Source of the DNA: Pseudogymnoascus verrucosus
Taxonomy: Eukaryota
Assembly (NCBI GenBank): GCA_001662655.1
Contig: KV460246.1
Reading direction: 5' to 3' (one strand)
Length of the DNA: 64,000 bases
Program-made: the position numbers and the translations under genes
In this document: positions 12,863-24,828 of the stretch, piece after piece
How positions within the stretch are numbered: the first letter of the stretch is position 1
Layout: the number at the start of each line of letters is the position of its first letter
The notes under the pieces: model-generated
Told to the model about the DNA's origin: nothing
The model's input: the letters and a program-made list of their open reading frames with translations, nothing else
Databases searched by the model: none

Positions 12863-13954
12863 TTACAACTGGACATCATTATTAAGCAACCTGACCTCCT
12901 CTCCAGGCTTGAAGGCTGGCATTCCAATGTACGGACAGCCGTCACATCGGAAGGCATCGCCGAGACTGCAGCTTCCACACGACCCAACCGTGCCTTGGAC
13001 GGTGAAGTCAACCTCCGCTAGGTCCGACGAATCGAGCTTGAGAGCCTTGAGCTTATCGTCGGCAGAAGTGCGCTTCGCCTCGTCTTCGGCTGAAATCTTC
13101 TCTGCTAGGCCGCACGAGCAGTCCTTGCATGCGCGACGGCGCTTCCCGACTCTTGGGACACACTCCGGTGCTATGGGATGTTAGTCGTCTACGCTGGGAA
13201 GTAAAGGGGGGGGAGACATACGGATAACGATCATGCCGTTCAGGTCTTCCTCTGTGAGCAGGGTATCCTCGTCGATTAGATCGTCATCATCCTCATCCTC
13301 GCCTGTGATCTCCTCTCCAAAGTCGTCGCTGAAGTCCACGAACCCCACGCCATTTGGCTTGGCTTGGCTAGGAGTAATTTCCACACTCTTTCGCTTCAGA
13401 GTTACAATCGTCGCTGGAGGGCCTGCATCAGACACGGCGTCCTTCTTCTTGTTACGGCCGAAGCGTAGGGGCACTGCCTCGCTGGCACTGTAATCCGGCT
13501 TCATCATCCCCCCAGCGCTGTTGGCCACCAACCCAGCAAGGATAGCTTCGGTATATTCGCCACTGGTAGTGGTCTGTCCAAATGTGCCGTCCTGGGACTG
13601 TAGTTTTCCGCCCGCCTTGAGCGATTGCACGAGGCTGCTGTATACATCTCGGCTCAGCAACTTTCCGGACTCAATGCGCGTTCCGTCGACGTCGGTGAGG
13701 ATAATGATCAGGTCGTATGTTGCGAGGGGCAGTCTAGCGAGTCCCGCGGAGATGCGGTCGAGCATTTGGAGGTCGGTGACGGAGCGGTCGTGGATGGCGA
13801 GAACGCCGTGGAGTTTTTCCTCATGGCTGGCAATGGAGGGAGGCGCGATGAGGAGCGTGCGGGTAGTAGAGTCGACTGCCTTCTTGGTGGGCTGTGGTTG
13901 AGGCGTGAAATCGAAGTCTGGGGTGTTATCGATGGTAACGAATGAAGGCGCCAT
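12863..13954 (-). CDS. DRE2: Fe-S cluster assembly protein Dre2 (anamorsin); exons 13954-13222 and 13170-12863
   Basis: Acidic linker [10 protein letters not shown]. The spliced second exon gives the Cys motifs C...[12 protein letters not shown] and [31 protein letters not shown]. Confidence 0.95.
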
Positions 13955-14360
13955 CGAGACGGAGAGTGGCAACCGCCAAAAATCAGTCTCTGGATCCCTA
14001 CTCCTTGTTCAAAAATGTGACAATTATAGATTTGCAGAGCTGAGTATGCCGAAATCACTAGTTGTTGGAGTAAAGAGGTGCAGAGTTGACGATGTGGGAG
14101 CTGTGGGTTTTTGGGTTCTCTGTTTCCCCTCCCAAATTTATTAATCGCGTTGCTCAGTCATCACCCCGCTATCGGGCTGGGCGGCGGCGATAAGCTGCAA
14201 TGTCACGTGAAATGCCAAATTCTTATCAATGCGCTCACTCTGATACGATAAACAGTAAGCCTTGGCATTGAATGGGTCCTTCTCCAAGCCAAATTCTGAT
14301 CCTTCAAATATCTTTATTTGTAATCTACTACAATACCTCCGGCGTCACAAAAGTACACCG

Positions 14361-14717
14361 CTAGTTTTTGGGAGCCACCTGAGTCCGAAACCTCTTCCCA
14401 ACGAATTCTGTTATATCTAGTGGTGTCTCCAATGGCTGATCGACCTCGGCAGACCAGCTTTGCATCAACTCTAAGCAGCATAATGGCTCTCGCATAGCCT
14501 GGAGATACCAAAAGGTACCATTCTCATGTTGACTTCGCATCTGGTGAGAAAAGCCATGGTCTTTGCCCAATCTTGACTCTTCGTCCTGCAACACCTTTAT
14601 GAAGCTTGGAAACTGGACTTTAAAGGCACGTCTCTCTTCGGACGACCAGTCCCAGGGGTCTGGATTCGGTAACAACCAAGGAGGAGGGGATGGTTGTTTG
14701 AAACTTCTTCCTACCAC
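14361..14717 (-). pseudogene. C-terminal fragment resembling fungal APH/phosphotransferase-like proteins
   Basis: PPPWLL...FIKVLQDEE...MRSQHENGTFWY resembles the C-terminus of fungal APH-family kinases. No kinase core is visible upstream. Confidence 0.45.
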
Positions 14718-15091
14718 CTAATTTATGTTTTCTCATTTCACAAATACCTCTTGTAATATCCCCAATAAGCCATAATTGAGGCCGAAACCCCTCGAAAATA
14801 CATGACAATACCACAGCCACCAACACCGCCGCCAACACGACTACAAACACCATCACAAACATAGCCGCCAATATGGCTACACGGATGAATCCAGCGTTCT
14901 GCTCAAACCCATAAATTTCCCGCTAGGCACCAGTTTAGTTATTCTGAACTAATTGAAAGTTGAACGTGTACTTCGAGCGAAGCGAAATGTTGGTATGACT
15001 ATTAGCCTCATCCTTACCAACACACCTGACCTGGTAAGACTTCACTTCTACAAACCTACGCAGTTCACGGAACGGCAATATTAGCACTATC

Positions 15092-16336
15092 ATGGCGGAC
15101 CGCGATGTCAAACCCGATGAGTGTCTACTAACGCATATCTTTACTGATAATCAACCAAAGTCCATCTCTATCTTTCTTCAGGGGTGGGACAAATGTGTGT
15201 TTAAAGCAGAACTCCCGAATGACCCCCAGAACGATTACACTACATGTGTAGTCCGGTTGGAGAGCGAGGATGAGAAACCCAAAATTTCGCAATGATTGCC
15301 GCCATGCAACGCATCGCTGCGACTATAATTCCAGATCTCATCCCAAAGACCTATCAAATCGGCAAGGCAGTAAACGCGCAAGGGCGAATGTTCCACTTCT
15401 CAGTAGTTGAACTTGTGGAGGGTGATCTCTTGGAAGATGTCTGGCAGCTGATGAGCGCCGGTGAGCAAAACAGTGTTGTAGCTGACCTTGTTGAAGCGCT
15501 CGAAAAGCTACACTCTGTTCGGCTATGTGATAATATGGCCCAGGACGTTCTACGCAAGATGCTTCGTGAAGATGGCGAGGAGCTTCGGCCTTTTTTTGGA
15601 AACGCCTGGCGTCTTTGGTGGACCTCATACAGGAGTTTTAAACAGCGGGCATGGATTGCTATACTCTATCATGGAAAAGAGAAAGCTAAAGAAGTCATCA
15701 TTCTGTACTATGGACCCCGTGAATTATTCACAAGATGTCAGGATCCAGTCTAGTTTTGAAGACATGAGGTCGATGGTCATTAACAATTCCGACATTAGCA
15801 AATGGGCAGGAGAATCCGTACTTTGCCACAACGATCTCACACCACGCAACCTAATACTTCAACCACGCCCCTCAGCAGATGGTAAATCCAATTACAAGTT
15901 GGCCGGTATCATAGACTGGGAGATGGCTGGATTCTACCCGCCCTCATATGAGCTAGGTCTGCAGGATACATAGTTTTGTGCCGATCGACATGTGTCATTC
16001 TACCTGCTACCAAAGGAGCACATGAAAAACATTGTACCACGATCTTCATCACAGATTGCGCTTGTGAAAGCAAATGCGCTCATCTACGAATCACAACAGC
16101 GAAAACTGTCAAATGGTACTAATATTTCATCTCACATTCGAAAGAGGGTCATAGAGAACTCAAAGCTAACTCGGGATAATGATCCCTATGTCGGCTGGAC
16201 AAGAAGCTCACAGGATGGACTCCTTCCCGATTACTCTAGCGCTGCTTTCCAGAAATTAGAGGATGACCTGGTGGAGGAAATGCTTGCAAGGAGGAAATTA
16301 AAGGCCGAATTTAATTCAATGGCACGGTCACAGTAA
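15092..16336 (+). pseudogene. Disrupted aminoglycoside-phosphotransferase/choline-kinase-like gene
   Basis: Brenner motif CHNDLTPRNLIL and IIDWEMAGFYP. The frame is broken by a frameshift near 15285, a frameshift in the T7 run at 15591-15597, and an in-frame TAG at 15971-15973. Confidence 0.8.
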
Positions 16337-16520
16337 CCGCGCAATGATGGGTATGAAATTGTGTAACAAAAGAAGGGACAAGCAGTTTTCAGCAAAATAA
16401 AGCCCCCCATATGATAATGACCGAGTGGAAATATGTCTCTGTGAAATGTATAGTATAATACAGAAGCCTACTCAAAGACGCTAAGTGACGACATCACACC
16501 CCCACGAATAATGTATCTCC

Positions 16521-18599
16521 TCATGCCGCCGCAGCCTGGATAATAACGTCGCTCGCCTTTTCGCTCACGATATAGATTGGTAAGGAGATGTAAAACCCTG
16601 GGATCTTGGGGAAAACGCTAGCATCAACTACCCTCAGTCCCTCCACGCCCCTGACCTTGAAATTCGAGTCTAGCACCGCCATCGGGTCACCATCAGCTCC
16701 AATAGGACATGTGCAGCTAGCGTGATGTCCCCAGGCCTCGTCCTTAATGAATTCCTTCATATCCGCCTCCGTGGTGACATTTGGGCCCGGCCAGACCTCG
16801 TTGAAGCCGCCATCGAGGGGAATCAGGCCCTTGAAGATCTTACGCGAGAATTTCATCGCCTCGTAGACGGCCTGGAGATCCTTGTCAGCTGCGCCATTGG
16901 CGGTCACGCCCGTGTCAAAGTAGTTAAAGTTGATATTGGGCATGTCGCGCGGGTCGGTAGAACGGAGAGTGACGGCGCCGGCGTTGTTCCTGCTGTGCGC
17001 CTTGAGAACAATCCAAGCCCAGTGATGGGCATCGTGTAGGGAGTCACTCGAGTATCCAGGGAAGTAGCCCTTGAACTTGGCCGGTGCGCCAGATATAAGG
17101 AGGTCCGGTTCGCCCTCGGCCACAGAGGACTTCTGGACGATGGCGATGGCGATACCATTGGTGCCGTAGGTGCCTTTGGCGATTGGGCCGATGCCGTTAG
17201 TCCACCTTGTTAGGCACGGATCTGGCATAGTCTCCATGAAAGTACATTTTTTCGTGATGAAGAAATCAGTCGGGCTGTCGCCGATGATAGTGTTCTCGTA
17301 GCGATCTTGTAAGTTGGTGCCAACACCGGGAAGGTCGACGACGACGGGGATGTCGAAAGATTCGAGCTCAGCGGCTGGGCCGATACCACTGAGTTTGAGT
17401 AGTTGAGGGGTGTTGAAAGCTCCAGCTGCCAGAATAACCTCGCGTGTGGCATTCACGCTTCCAGAGCCAGTAACTGTAGCAGAACCAGATCGGGGATCGG
17501 CCCTGTAGAGGCTTTGACCATCGAGGAAATCAACTCCAACAGCTTTGGGGGTTGGTCCGTCATGCGAGAAGCGAACCTTGGTGACGAGAGTTGTGAGCTT
17601 GATATCGAGATGGTACTTCCGAGAACCGTCCTTGTTGACAGCATTGGCTGTATCTAGAACTAAGTTGCGAGGTCCATTTCGTTTTGAGTCAGCCATAGCG
17701 AGGGGTACTTGGTAGAGTCCGGCCTTGCTAGATTGTCCTGGGGCATTGATGTCGCGAAGCAAAACTTGACCAAGACCTCCAACAGTGTTGACCAAAAGTC
17801 CAAGTAGACCCTTACCCATTGCAGTGCCAGCGGCAATGATGAGCGAGAGGAGCTTTGGGTCTTCAATCACAAGCGACAGGTCTGTAAGAGCTGTCCCAAG
17901 CCATCCATCAAAGCCATGGCCAATGATGCTGCTGGGGAGGTAGCGGTTCCTCTCTAGCTTCATGAAATACTTTCTCATCTTGTCTGGGCTCCAGGAATTA
18001 TCTCCTGTAATGGTCGCAATATTTGTCCAGTCACTGTCGTGTGGATAGATCGTGATCAAAGCATTGTGAGCCGAGCAACCACCAAGTGTTCCAGCTCTTG
18101 GGTACAGAATCCCCAGAGGGGTTGAGCCGCTTGGGGGGTTCAGTCCAACATACTGCTCGCCAGAAGTAGTTTGGTACACCATTTTAGAATCCTTCTGTTG
18201 TCGTGCCTCATCGGAATAATGGTTGACAAAATAATCCCATCGCATCGGTTCGTATTCCGTTGCCTGCAGCTGGAGAGCAGGAACTTGGTACTGTAACGCG
18301 CCGCCTTGGTCGTCTCCAGCATCTATCAGGAGAACTTTAAAGCCTGCAATGGCTAAGTTGGCAGCAACTGGACCGCCGCCGGGTCCCGATCCAACGACGA
18401 CGTATTCATAATTTTCCAGCCATGTTGTGTTTGAATCTGCCTGGCGCTTAGAATGGCCTTCATGAGGGTGGTTATGGAGGGCACTGGGGCAGTTAGTTCC
18501 TGCTTCTTTTTTGAGTGTAACATTTTGAGGTATAACATACGCTGCGAGTACAGTGCTTGTAAAAGACAGAAACACGCTCAAAGGCAATAAGGAGAGCAT
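16521..18599 (-). CDS. Secreted GMC (AA3) FAD oxidoreductase, intronless
   Basis: Signal peptide MLSLLPLSVFLSFTSTVLA, KR propeptide site, YVVVGSGPGG Rossmann motif, RAGTLGGCSAHNA, AGAFNTPQLLKLSGIG, WGHHASCTCPIG and LRVVDASVFP. Confidence 0.93.
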   Translation of the reverse strand: MLSLLPLSVFLSFTSTVLAAYVIPQNVTLKKEAGTNCPSALHNHPHEGHSKRQADSNTTWLENYEYVVVGSGPGGGPVAANLAIAGFKVLLIDAGDDQGGALQYQVPALQLQATEYEPMRWDYFVNHYSDEARQQKDSKMVYQTTSGEQYVGLNPPSGSTPLGILYPRAGTLGGCSAHNALITIYPHDSDWTNIATITGDNSWSPDKMRKYFMKLERNRYLPSSIIGHGFDGWLGTALTDLSLVIEDPKLLSLIIAAGTAMGKGLLGLLVNTVGGLGQVLLRDINAPGQSSKAGLYQVPLAMADSKRNGPRNLVLDTANAVNKDGSRKYHLDIKLTTLVTKVRFSHDGPTPKAVGVDFLDGQSLYRADPRSGSATVTGSGSVNATREVILAAGAFNTPQLLKLSGIGPAAELESFDIPVVVDLPGVGTNLQDRYENTIIGDSPTDFFITKKCTFMETMPDPCLTRWTNGIGPIAKGTYGTNGIAIAIVQKSSVAEGEPDLLISGAPAKFKGYFPGYSSDSLHDAHHWAWIVLKAHSRNNAGAVTLRSTDPRDMPNINFNYFDTGVTANGAADKDLQAVYEAMKFSRKIFKGLIPLDGGFNEVWPGPNVTTEADMKEFIKDEAWGHHASCTCPIGADGDPMAVLDSNFKVRGVEGLRVVDASVFPKIPGFYISLPIYIVSEKASDVIIQAAAA

Positions 18600-19886
18600 C
18601 TTGCATAAAAAACAAAAGCTCTGATAAGAACAGCAAAATGAATGACTGCGCTCGATGCTTAAAAGCAAAACTGCGTACAACCACCAGCCTCTAGTATTAT
18701 TTATTTGAGAGGCACAGCTTGGTCCATCCCAACTCCCGCAATGAATGACAGGTACTCTGCCACCAGCCTCGCGGCTGTGCCATTTTGGTCCCCGTAAGTA
18801 CGAACCATGTCAGCGCGGCCTAGATGCCGCAGTCCAGGAAAGGTTTGCCCCCCACTTGGCTTGACCTGCGCCAAGTGATAGATCCATAAAGTACAGACGG
18901 CCAATAAATAACACGGGCCATAAACGGCAGTGGTCGTCATGATGAAAACTGGAGCACGGATGCTTTGTTCGAAATTGTCGCCCTCTGCATAGTCTTGTCA
19001 TGCAGGAACAACAACCTGATTGAGTATGATCGCTGATAGGTGCAATTTGAGCACTGCCGGTTCCTTGGAAGTTTTCAAGATGCCGTGAGCCCTAAGCTTT
19101 CTCGAGGGTAACATCGGCTTTATTTGAAAGTTCCTACATATCTAGTGGATCAAACCGAACAGATGGTATATTATTATAGGAGGTCGTGGGCAGGCATGAT
19201 CCACGAACTCCTATAACTCGAACCCCGAAGGATAATATAAATTTGTCTGAAATGCAAGCATACTCGTACTCCGTATGAACCGAACGAGGGTACAGGGAGC
19301 GAAATTTCAAGCTATGAAACAGTGGCGTCGTCCGGAAAGTTCGTAGTCGGTTATTTGAGCCATTATTGGCAGGGAAGTGGATATGTCGTGCGGGGAGAAG
19401 ATGACTATGAGCGTGGCCCGCACCGAGCCCTTGCCACGCCGTGTGCGGCAGGGATAGAAATTGCGGGGATTCTGACAATGGCGGCAAGACTTACATAAGT
19501 GTCATTTTGACAGAAAGTCACTAACCCAACAAACCTTACGCCTCCGAGTAGTCTCCACGCCGTAAGATTGCACAATTATAATGAGAACAAGGAGAATAAA
19601 GAGGATAATGTCATTCCCCACTTATATTTTAATATGACAGAAAGACCCGATTAGTCTACAGCAACGGGCTAATTTTTTTGTGGCGGAGCTAATCTGCACT
19701 CCACTCTACACTGGGACAAGCCCCTTTGGCCACCCGCTCCCACTAGTAATATGTCCCACAATCAATCAATACATATGTCTTGCCAATATTTACATCAGAA
19801 ATGATAAGCCCCGTATCCCTATCATACATACATAATCGAACAAGTTGAATGGCAATCGGTGGAGGGGTACCCCGTCCCTTTGCCCC

Positions 19887-21477
19887 TTAAACAGAATTCT
19901 TGTACCTTTCGTCCTCCTGACGATTGTCCACTGGTACGAGTCCGATCACCGACGAACTTCCCTCGTGCTTCGATAAATTGGCATAATCGGATCTGCTTTT
20001 GCTTTGTGGCGTCAATGTAGTTGATAGCCTTCCTGTGCTTGACTGGCCCTTCTGAGTTGTCCCGAAAATGCTGGGGAAGACATTGCGGAACAATGCTCGG
20101 ATCGAAGGCATGCAGGCGCATATCACGCCAACTGGAACCTCAATCGTACTCCAATAACCTAGTTCCACATAGTCCTCTGTAGTTGCGTTAGCTGTGAAAT
20201 ATCATTTGCGGGAGTTAGAAAACCTACGTGTCAGATTTGTCGTATTGGCATATTTGGTGAAAGCTCGAATGCGCACGACACTGACGATGGTGACGCTACG
20301 AAACAGGATTAGCAAAATGTTTGGGGTGAGAGGTTGGGGAAGCATACAAGACTCCGACGCTAAACATCATCATGATCTGAATCTTCTTCTTCATCGACAT
20401 GTCGAGTTTGTAGAGCGACGGCAACGGCAATATCAAAGTTAAAACATCGAGAATGATACTGAATGTGGCAGACATCCAGCCCTGTAGATTGACGTTGCGG
20501 CATTTCGCCGGATAGGTACCGTCCCACGCTCTCCATGCTCCCGGAATAGGCCAGCATTGGAAAATAGAGATTGCTTCAAATGCGAGGAGATAGGCCACGT
20601 TTGCAGCTATCAAGGCATAGGCAAAGTATAGGAAACTTTTCTCGCGAAAGATTCGGAGGTATAGAAAAATGATGGAGATCTTCGTGAGAGGTACAATTGC
20701 AACGTACATCAACTCGTCCCAGTAATATATCTATTTATTATCAGCGATATTTATTGAAGATTGTCCAACCTGGGTCTCACGTAAAGAATGGATGTAATGT
20801 CGTCAGGATGGACGTTCCACATGTCTCTGCCCAGGCCATGATTGGCAACTATTCGTATTAGTTGTCAGAGAATATATGCTATTACAACTCAGGTGTACTT
20901 ACGAAGGACTGAAAAGGCACAAAAAGGAATAGTGATGGCCTAAATTCAGTCAATATGCGTAGCCCCAAATATATATCAGGGTAGCCCTACCATGGTCACC
21001 ATGATAGTATAATCGTCTATGCCGAACTGCCCCCCAGCACGTAAAACCTTTGATAGGATCCGAAGACCAACTGTAATTAGAGCCAGGACGCCAAATGTGA
21101 CTCCAACGATAGAAATGATCTTGGTTCTATCTTGTGGTACAACACCGCAGTAGTCATTGGAATACTTTTTGGTTGCGAGTTGGTCTCTGATTGAACAACT
21201 GGTGCCAACGCAAATGGTGATGTCTTTATTTAACTGAGCGTTGGTGCAGATGCACGTTTTGTCGGTGAGCGAGCACTCTGAGGCAATTATCAATTCGGTG
21301 ATACATGTTAACTGTTCGTCCGAGTAAGTTTCTGAGCTTTTGATCGGAACTTGGTGTATATCTTACCCCACATGATGGCGGTGGTGTGCCTTTGGGCGGC
21401 AATTCCACACCAGCAGCCACCAGGTTCGCATTGTAGACTGACAAAAGAACAGTCACGGCTATGGTTAGAAACTTCAT
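19887..21477 (-). CDS. PTH11-like GPCR-type membrane protein with an N-terminal CFEM domain; multi-exon
   Basis: Signal peptide and an 8-Cys CFEM domain (PSCGLTC...C...TCIC...C...C...C). PTH11/rhodopsin-domain motifs GIDDY, GLGRDMW, TKISIIFLYLRIF, IFQCWP, DVLTLILPL and WSTIEVPVGVICACMPSIR. Confidence 0.92.
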
Positions 21478-22380
21478 GGCCACAAAGTCCGGTGTTGAAT
21501 TCAAACGCCAAAGAAAAGAAGAAAAGAATATAACATGGCAAACATATTTGCAAGGTAAGATGGTATATCTTGTAGGTGGGTGAGCAAGACATTCAATGGA
21601 CGGACTTAGCCTATCCAGTGACAGGGAGTACGAGCAGGCAGCATGTCTCTGGCCTCGACGTCAAGGGTCCCAAGTGCCGAGCATGAGTGGCTGGGACCGT
21701 GTCAGTCTGCTCCTGTACTCTACTCCCCACAAGTTCTATAGTTTGCCCAGCCCTACTGTGTAATAATTCTGTTTCTCATACGGGGCCGTGCATTGTAGCT
21801 TCCCCAGTTGTAAGCGGCAAGGATATTCATGGCCGCCCCAATGGCACCACCTGTGCAGTATCTATTGACGGGTAAACGAATATTTACTCTACGGGCGGGT
21901 GAGATAGATTCTTCAAGGAGTCCAACGGAAGACATGCCCTAATTCAAAACACTGGCCGTCATTTTTGTGGATCGAAGTAAGCCGTTGTGCAGGACGTCCT
22001 GTATGTCCAAGGGGCTGCCCCGCTTAAGGTTGCATGGCGGATTTTGTTGGTGGGTGCCGGACCAGTTCCCGCCAGCTTGAGTAGATCGGCACTGCAGAGT
22101 CTGGGGACCGTAGCGCGGTCCCCAGTAAACCAATTTCCAGGGGGCAGGGCCGAATTCCACATGCCCAGCTTCCACTGCGCATGGGGCAATTACAACGACG
22201 AAAAACGTGCACGATGATCCGGACTTTTGGGCTAACTCAATCGATTCGTGGCCGGAATTACGTGCTGGCTGCGCCAAAAGGACAGGCGCCGTCGATGTGT
22301 TTTGATATCTTCTGTTTGCTCTGGGCATTCACTCTTGTCATTCTTTTTTGAGGTCGCGATTGAATTGTTTTTGTTTCAAT

Positions 22381-24016
22381 ATGAAAATCATAAGCTCCCT
22401 CGTTTCGCTTTCCGCTTTCAGCAGTGTCGCCTCTGCGTTTCCCTCCGTGGCCGGGGATTCATTGCTACCAGCCGATGTAATTACCAAGTTGGCTGAAGGC
22501 CTACGTGGCGTTGCCCAAGAAAGCCATGAAAAGCGATTTCTGGTTGACCCGTTGAGTACGCCAATTGACGGTGAGCAATACCCTTCTGTGGCCTGGCCAA
22601 TATCTAACATATCAACAACAGTAACGGGAGACCATTCCTTCATCCCTCCTGACTTTTCAGCGGGTGACCAGCGTGGTCCTTGCCCAGGACTTAACGCCCT
22701 GGCGAATCATGGATATATCGGGCGCAATGGCGTCACAAATGTGGGTGTGGCTTTATCATATGCGACAGGTACTTTATCCTAACGAATTATGCAGGTGATA
22801 GAGGCAACTGCAGCAATCAATAAAGGTGAGTGCTGGCAATTGATTCCGGATTTATGCACCTACTGATACTAAAGCAGTGTTCGGGATGAGTGTTGAACTG
22901 GGTGGCCTTCTCGCCGTCATGGGGACGGTTTTTGTTGGCAACCCTCTCTCTTTGGATCCAGGATTCTCTATCGGAGGGGAATCGACTGCGGTGAGCAATC
23001 TCCTTGGCAATCTGCTTGGGTTGTTAGGTAAAGTTTCCTCTGGAGTTGCCATTACCCCTCGCACCACTAAGACGTTTTACAGGAAAGCCGCGGGGTCTGG
23101 TCGGCTCCCATAACATCATTGAGTCAGATTCGTCAAATACTCGCAACGACTTATATTTGACCGGTGATAATGCCAACCTAGAGCTTAACCAATTTTCAGA
23201 ATGGTTTAACATGTCCAATGATGCTGTCGGCGACTTTAACATCGATGTCATGGCTGAGAGAGCAAATGTACGCTTCCAGCAGTCGAAAGCTACCAACCCG
23301 AACTTCTACTATGGTCCATTCACCGGCATGATCGCTCGCAATGCCGGATTTATTTTCCCCACGAGGATGTTTGCCAATTACTCCAAGGAGAATCTTTCGG
23401 GCTCGTTTAGTAAGATTGTCCGCTGGACTCGGAGGGATTGTTACTAACTTCATCTAGCCAAGGATATCATCAAGAGTTTCTTCGCCGTCGAGGGAGAACC
23501 AGGCAATTTTACTTACAACCAGGGCTGGGAAAGGATTCCAGAGAATTGGTATCGCATTCCCGTCGACTATACTCTCGTCCAGTTGAACCTTGATATTCTC
23601 TACTTTGTTGCAAAGCACCCCGAGCTTGGCAGGTGAGATTTGACCCCTCCAATTATATCGCTTTTTATTCAGCTCTAACAACGCTGCGTAGCATTGGTGG
23701 CAACACTGGAACTGTGGATAGTTTCACGGGCGTTGACATGGACGACCTGACTGGTGGACTCTTGAATGCTCAGACTCTTCTTGAGGGCAACAACCTTCTC
23801 TGCTTCGTCTTCGAGGTCCTCAAGACTCTCTCACCCAACTCCCTGTCAACCGTCTTTGATATCATCGAAGTCCCTCTCCAGATGCTCTTTGATACCGTTG
23901 GTGCTGCACTTCTCGACTTGACTTGCCCAGCTTTCAAGGATTTGACGGTTGGTGGCCAGGGCTTGGGGGACGCCATAGAGTCTATGTTCCCAGGAGCTGC
24001 AAAGGGCAGCATCTAA
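22381..24016 (+). CDS. Secreted heme-thiolate peroxidase / unspecific peroxygenase (chloroperoxidase family), 7 exons
   Basis: Signal peptide, KR site, DQRGPCPGLNALANHG (proximal Cys PCP motif), SHNIIESDSSNTRND, NPNFYYGP and GWERIPENWYR. Six canonical introns. Confidence 0.92.
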
Positions 24017-24348
24017 GAGGCTGCCAGCAAAGATACTCGGAGTTTGGTTTTTCCCAAAGATTGATATATTGTCACATAGATTTGTCTCGCCGTGGACATC
24101 TAATATTGACGCGCAACGCTTCTATATGACGAGATAGTTACTGTTACATAGTGGTTCACATGCCCTGAGGTTCACCTATTACGCCTGATGGCATCGGCAA
24201 AACTGTTACTGTAGTATTGTATAATATAAAATAAATAAACATATAGCCCGAACTCCTTCTAGTACAAAATTGACAGCCCCGGACAAAAGAAAGAACTAGT
24301 TCATACAGACTCCCAAATTTCGCCGACTACAGATGCTGCCTTGGTATG

Positions 24349-24828
24349 CTATCTCGGACGAAAAGGGATAGCTGCTGGTCTCCCAGCCCGGCGATCGACC
24401 CCCCGAGGCTGGACCTTGATTATTATAGGCCGAAGGTTGTCGTCTTCGTCTTCAGAATGGTGCTGAATCACTATTCGGGGCTGTGGCGCCATCTCCCGTC
24501 GCGGACGGGGTGCGGACTCTCCTCGAGGCTGGGGTGCCGCGTCTCTTTGCGGCCGGGGCTCCCATCGTGGTTGAGGCACGGCTTCTCCTCGAAGCTGGTG
24601 TGCAGGCTCTCTTTGCTGCCGGGGTGCTACCTCTCGTCGAGGTTGGGGCGCGGCCGCTCTTGGCTGGTGTCGCTCATTGGTGTTGAGAGGATAGTCTTTC
24701 AAAAGATTGCGACGAGCGTCAGATGCCGTCGCCCGAAACTTTGGGTCTTGCTCCAGGACGCAATATAGACTCTTACAAACGAGTTTGTAGTCTATCAATG
24801 ACTGGATTCTAGAATGCCCGGGTTGCAT
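24349..24828 (-). CDS. Small hypothetical protein with ~8-aa PQPRxE repeats
   Basis: 159-aa ORF with about eight degenerate (A)PQPR(R/G/W)E units. True start is uncertain. Confidence 0.4.
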   Translation of the reverse strand: MQPGHSRIQSLIDYKLVCKSLYCVLEQDPKFRATASDARRNLLKDYPLNTNERHQPRAAAPQPRREVAPRQQREPAHQLRGEAVPQPRWEPRPQRDAAPQPRGESAPRPRREMAPQPRIVIQHHSEDEDDNLRPIIIKVQPRGVDRRAGRPAAIPFRPR

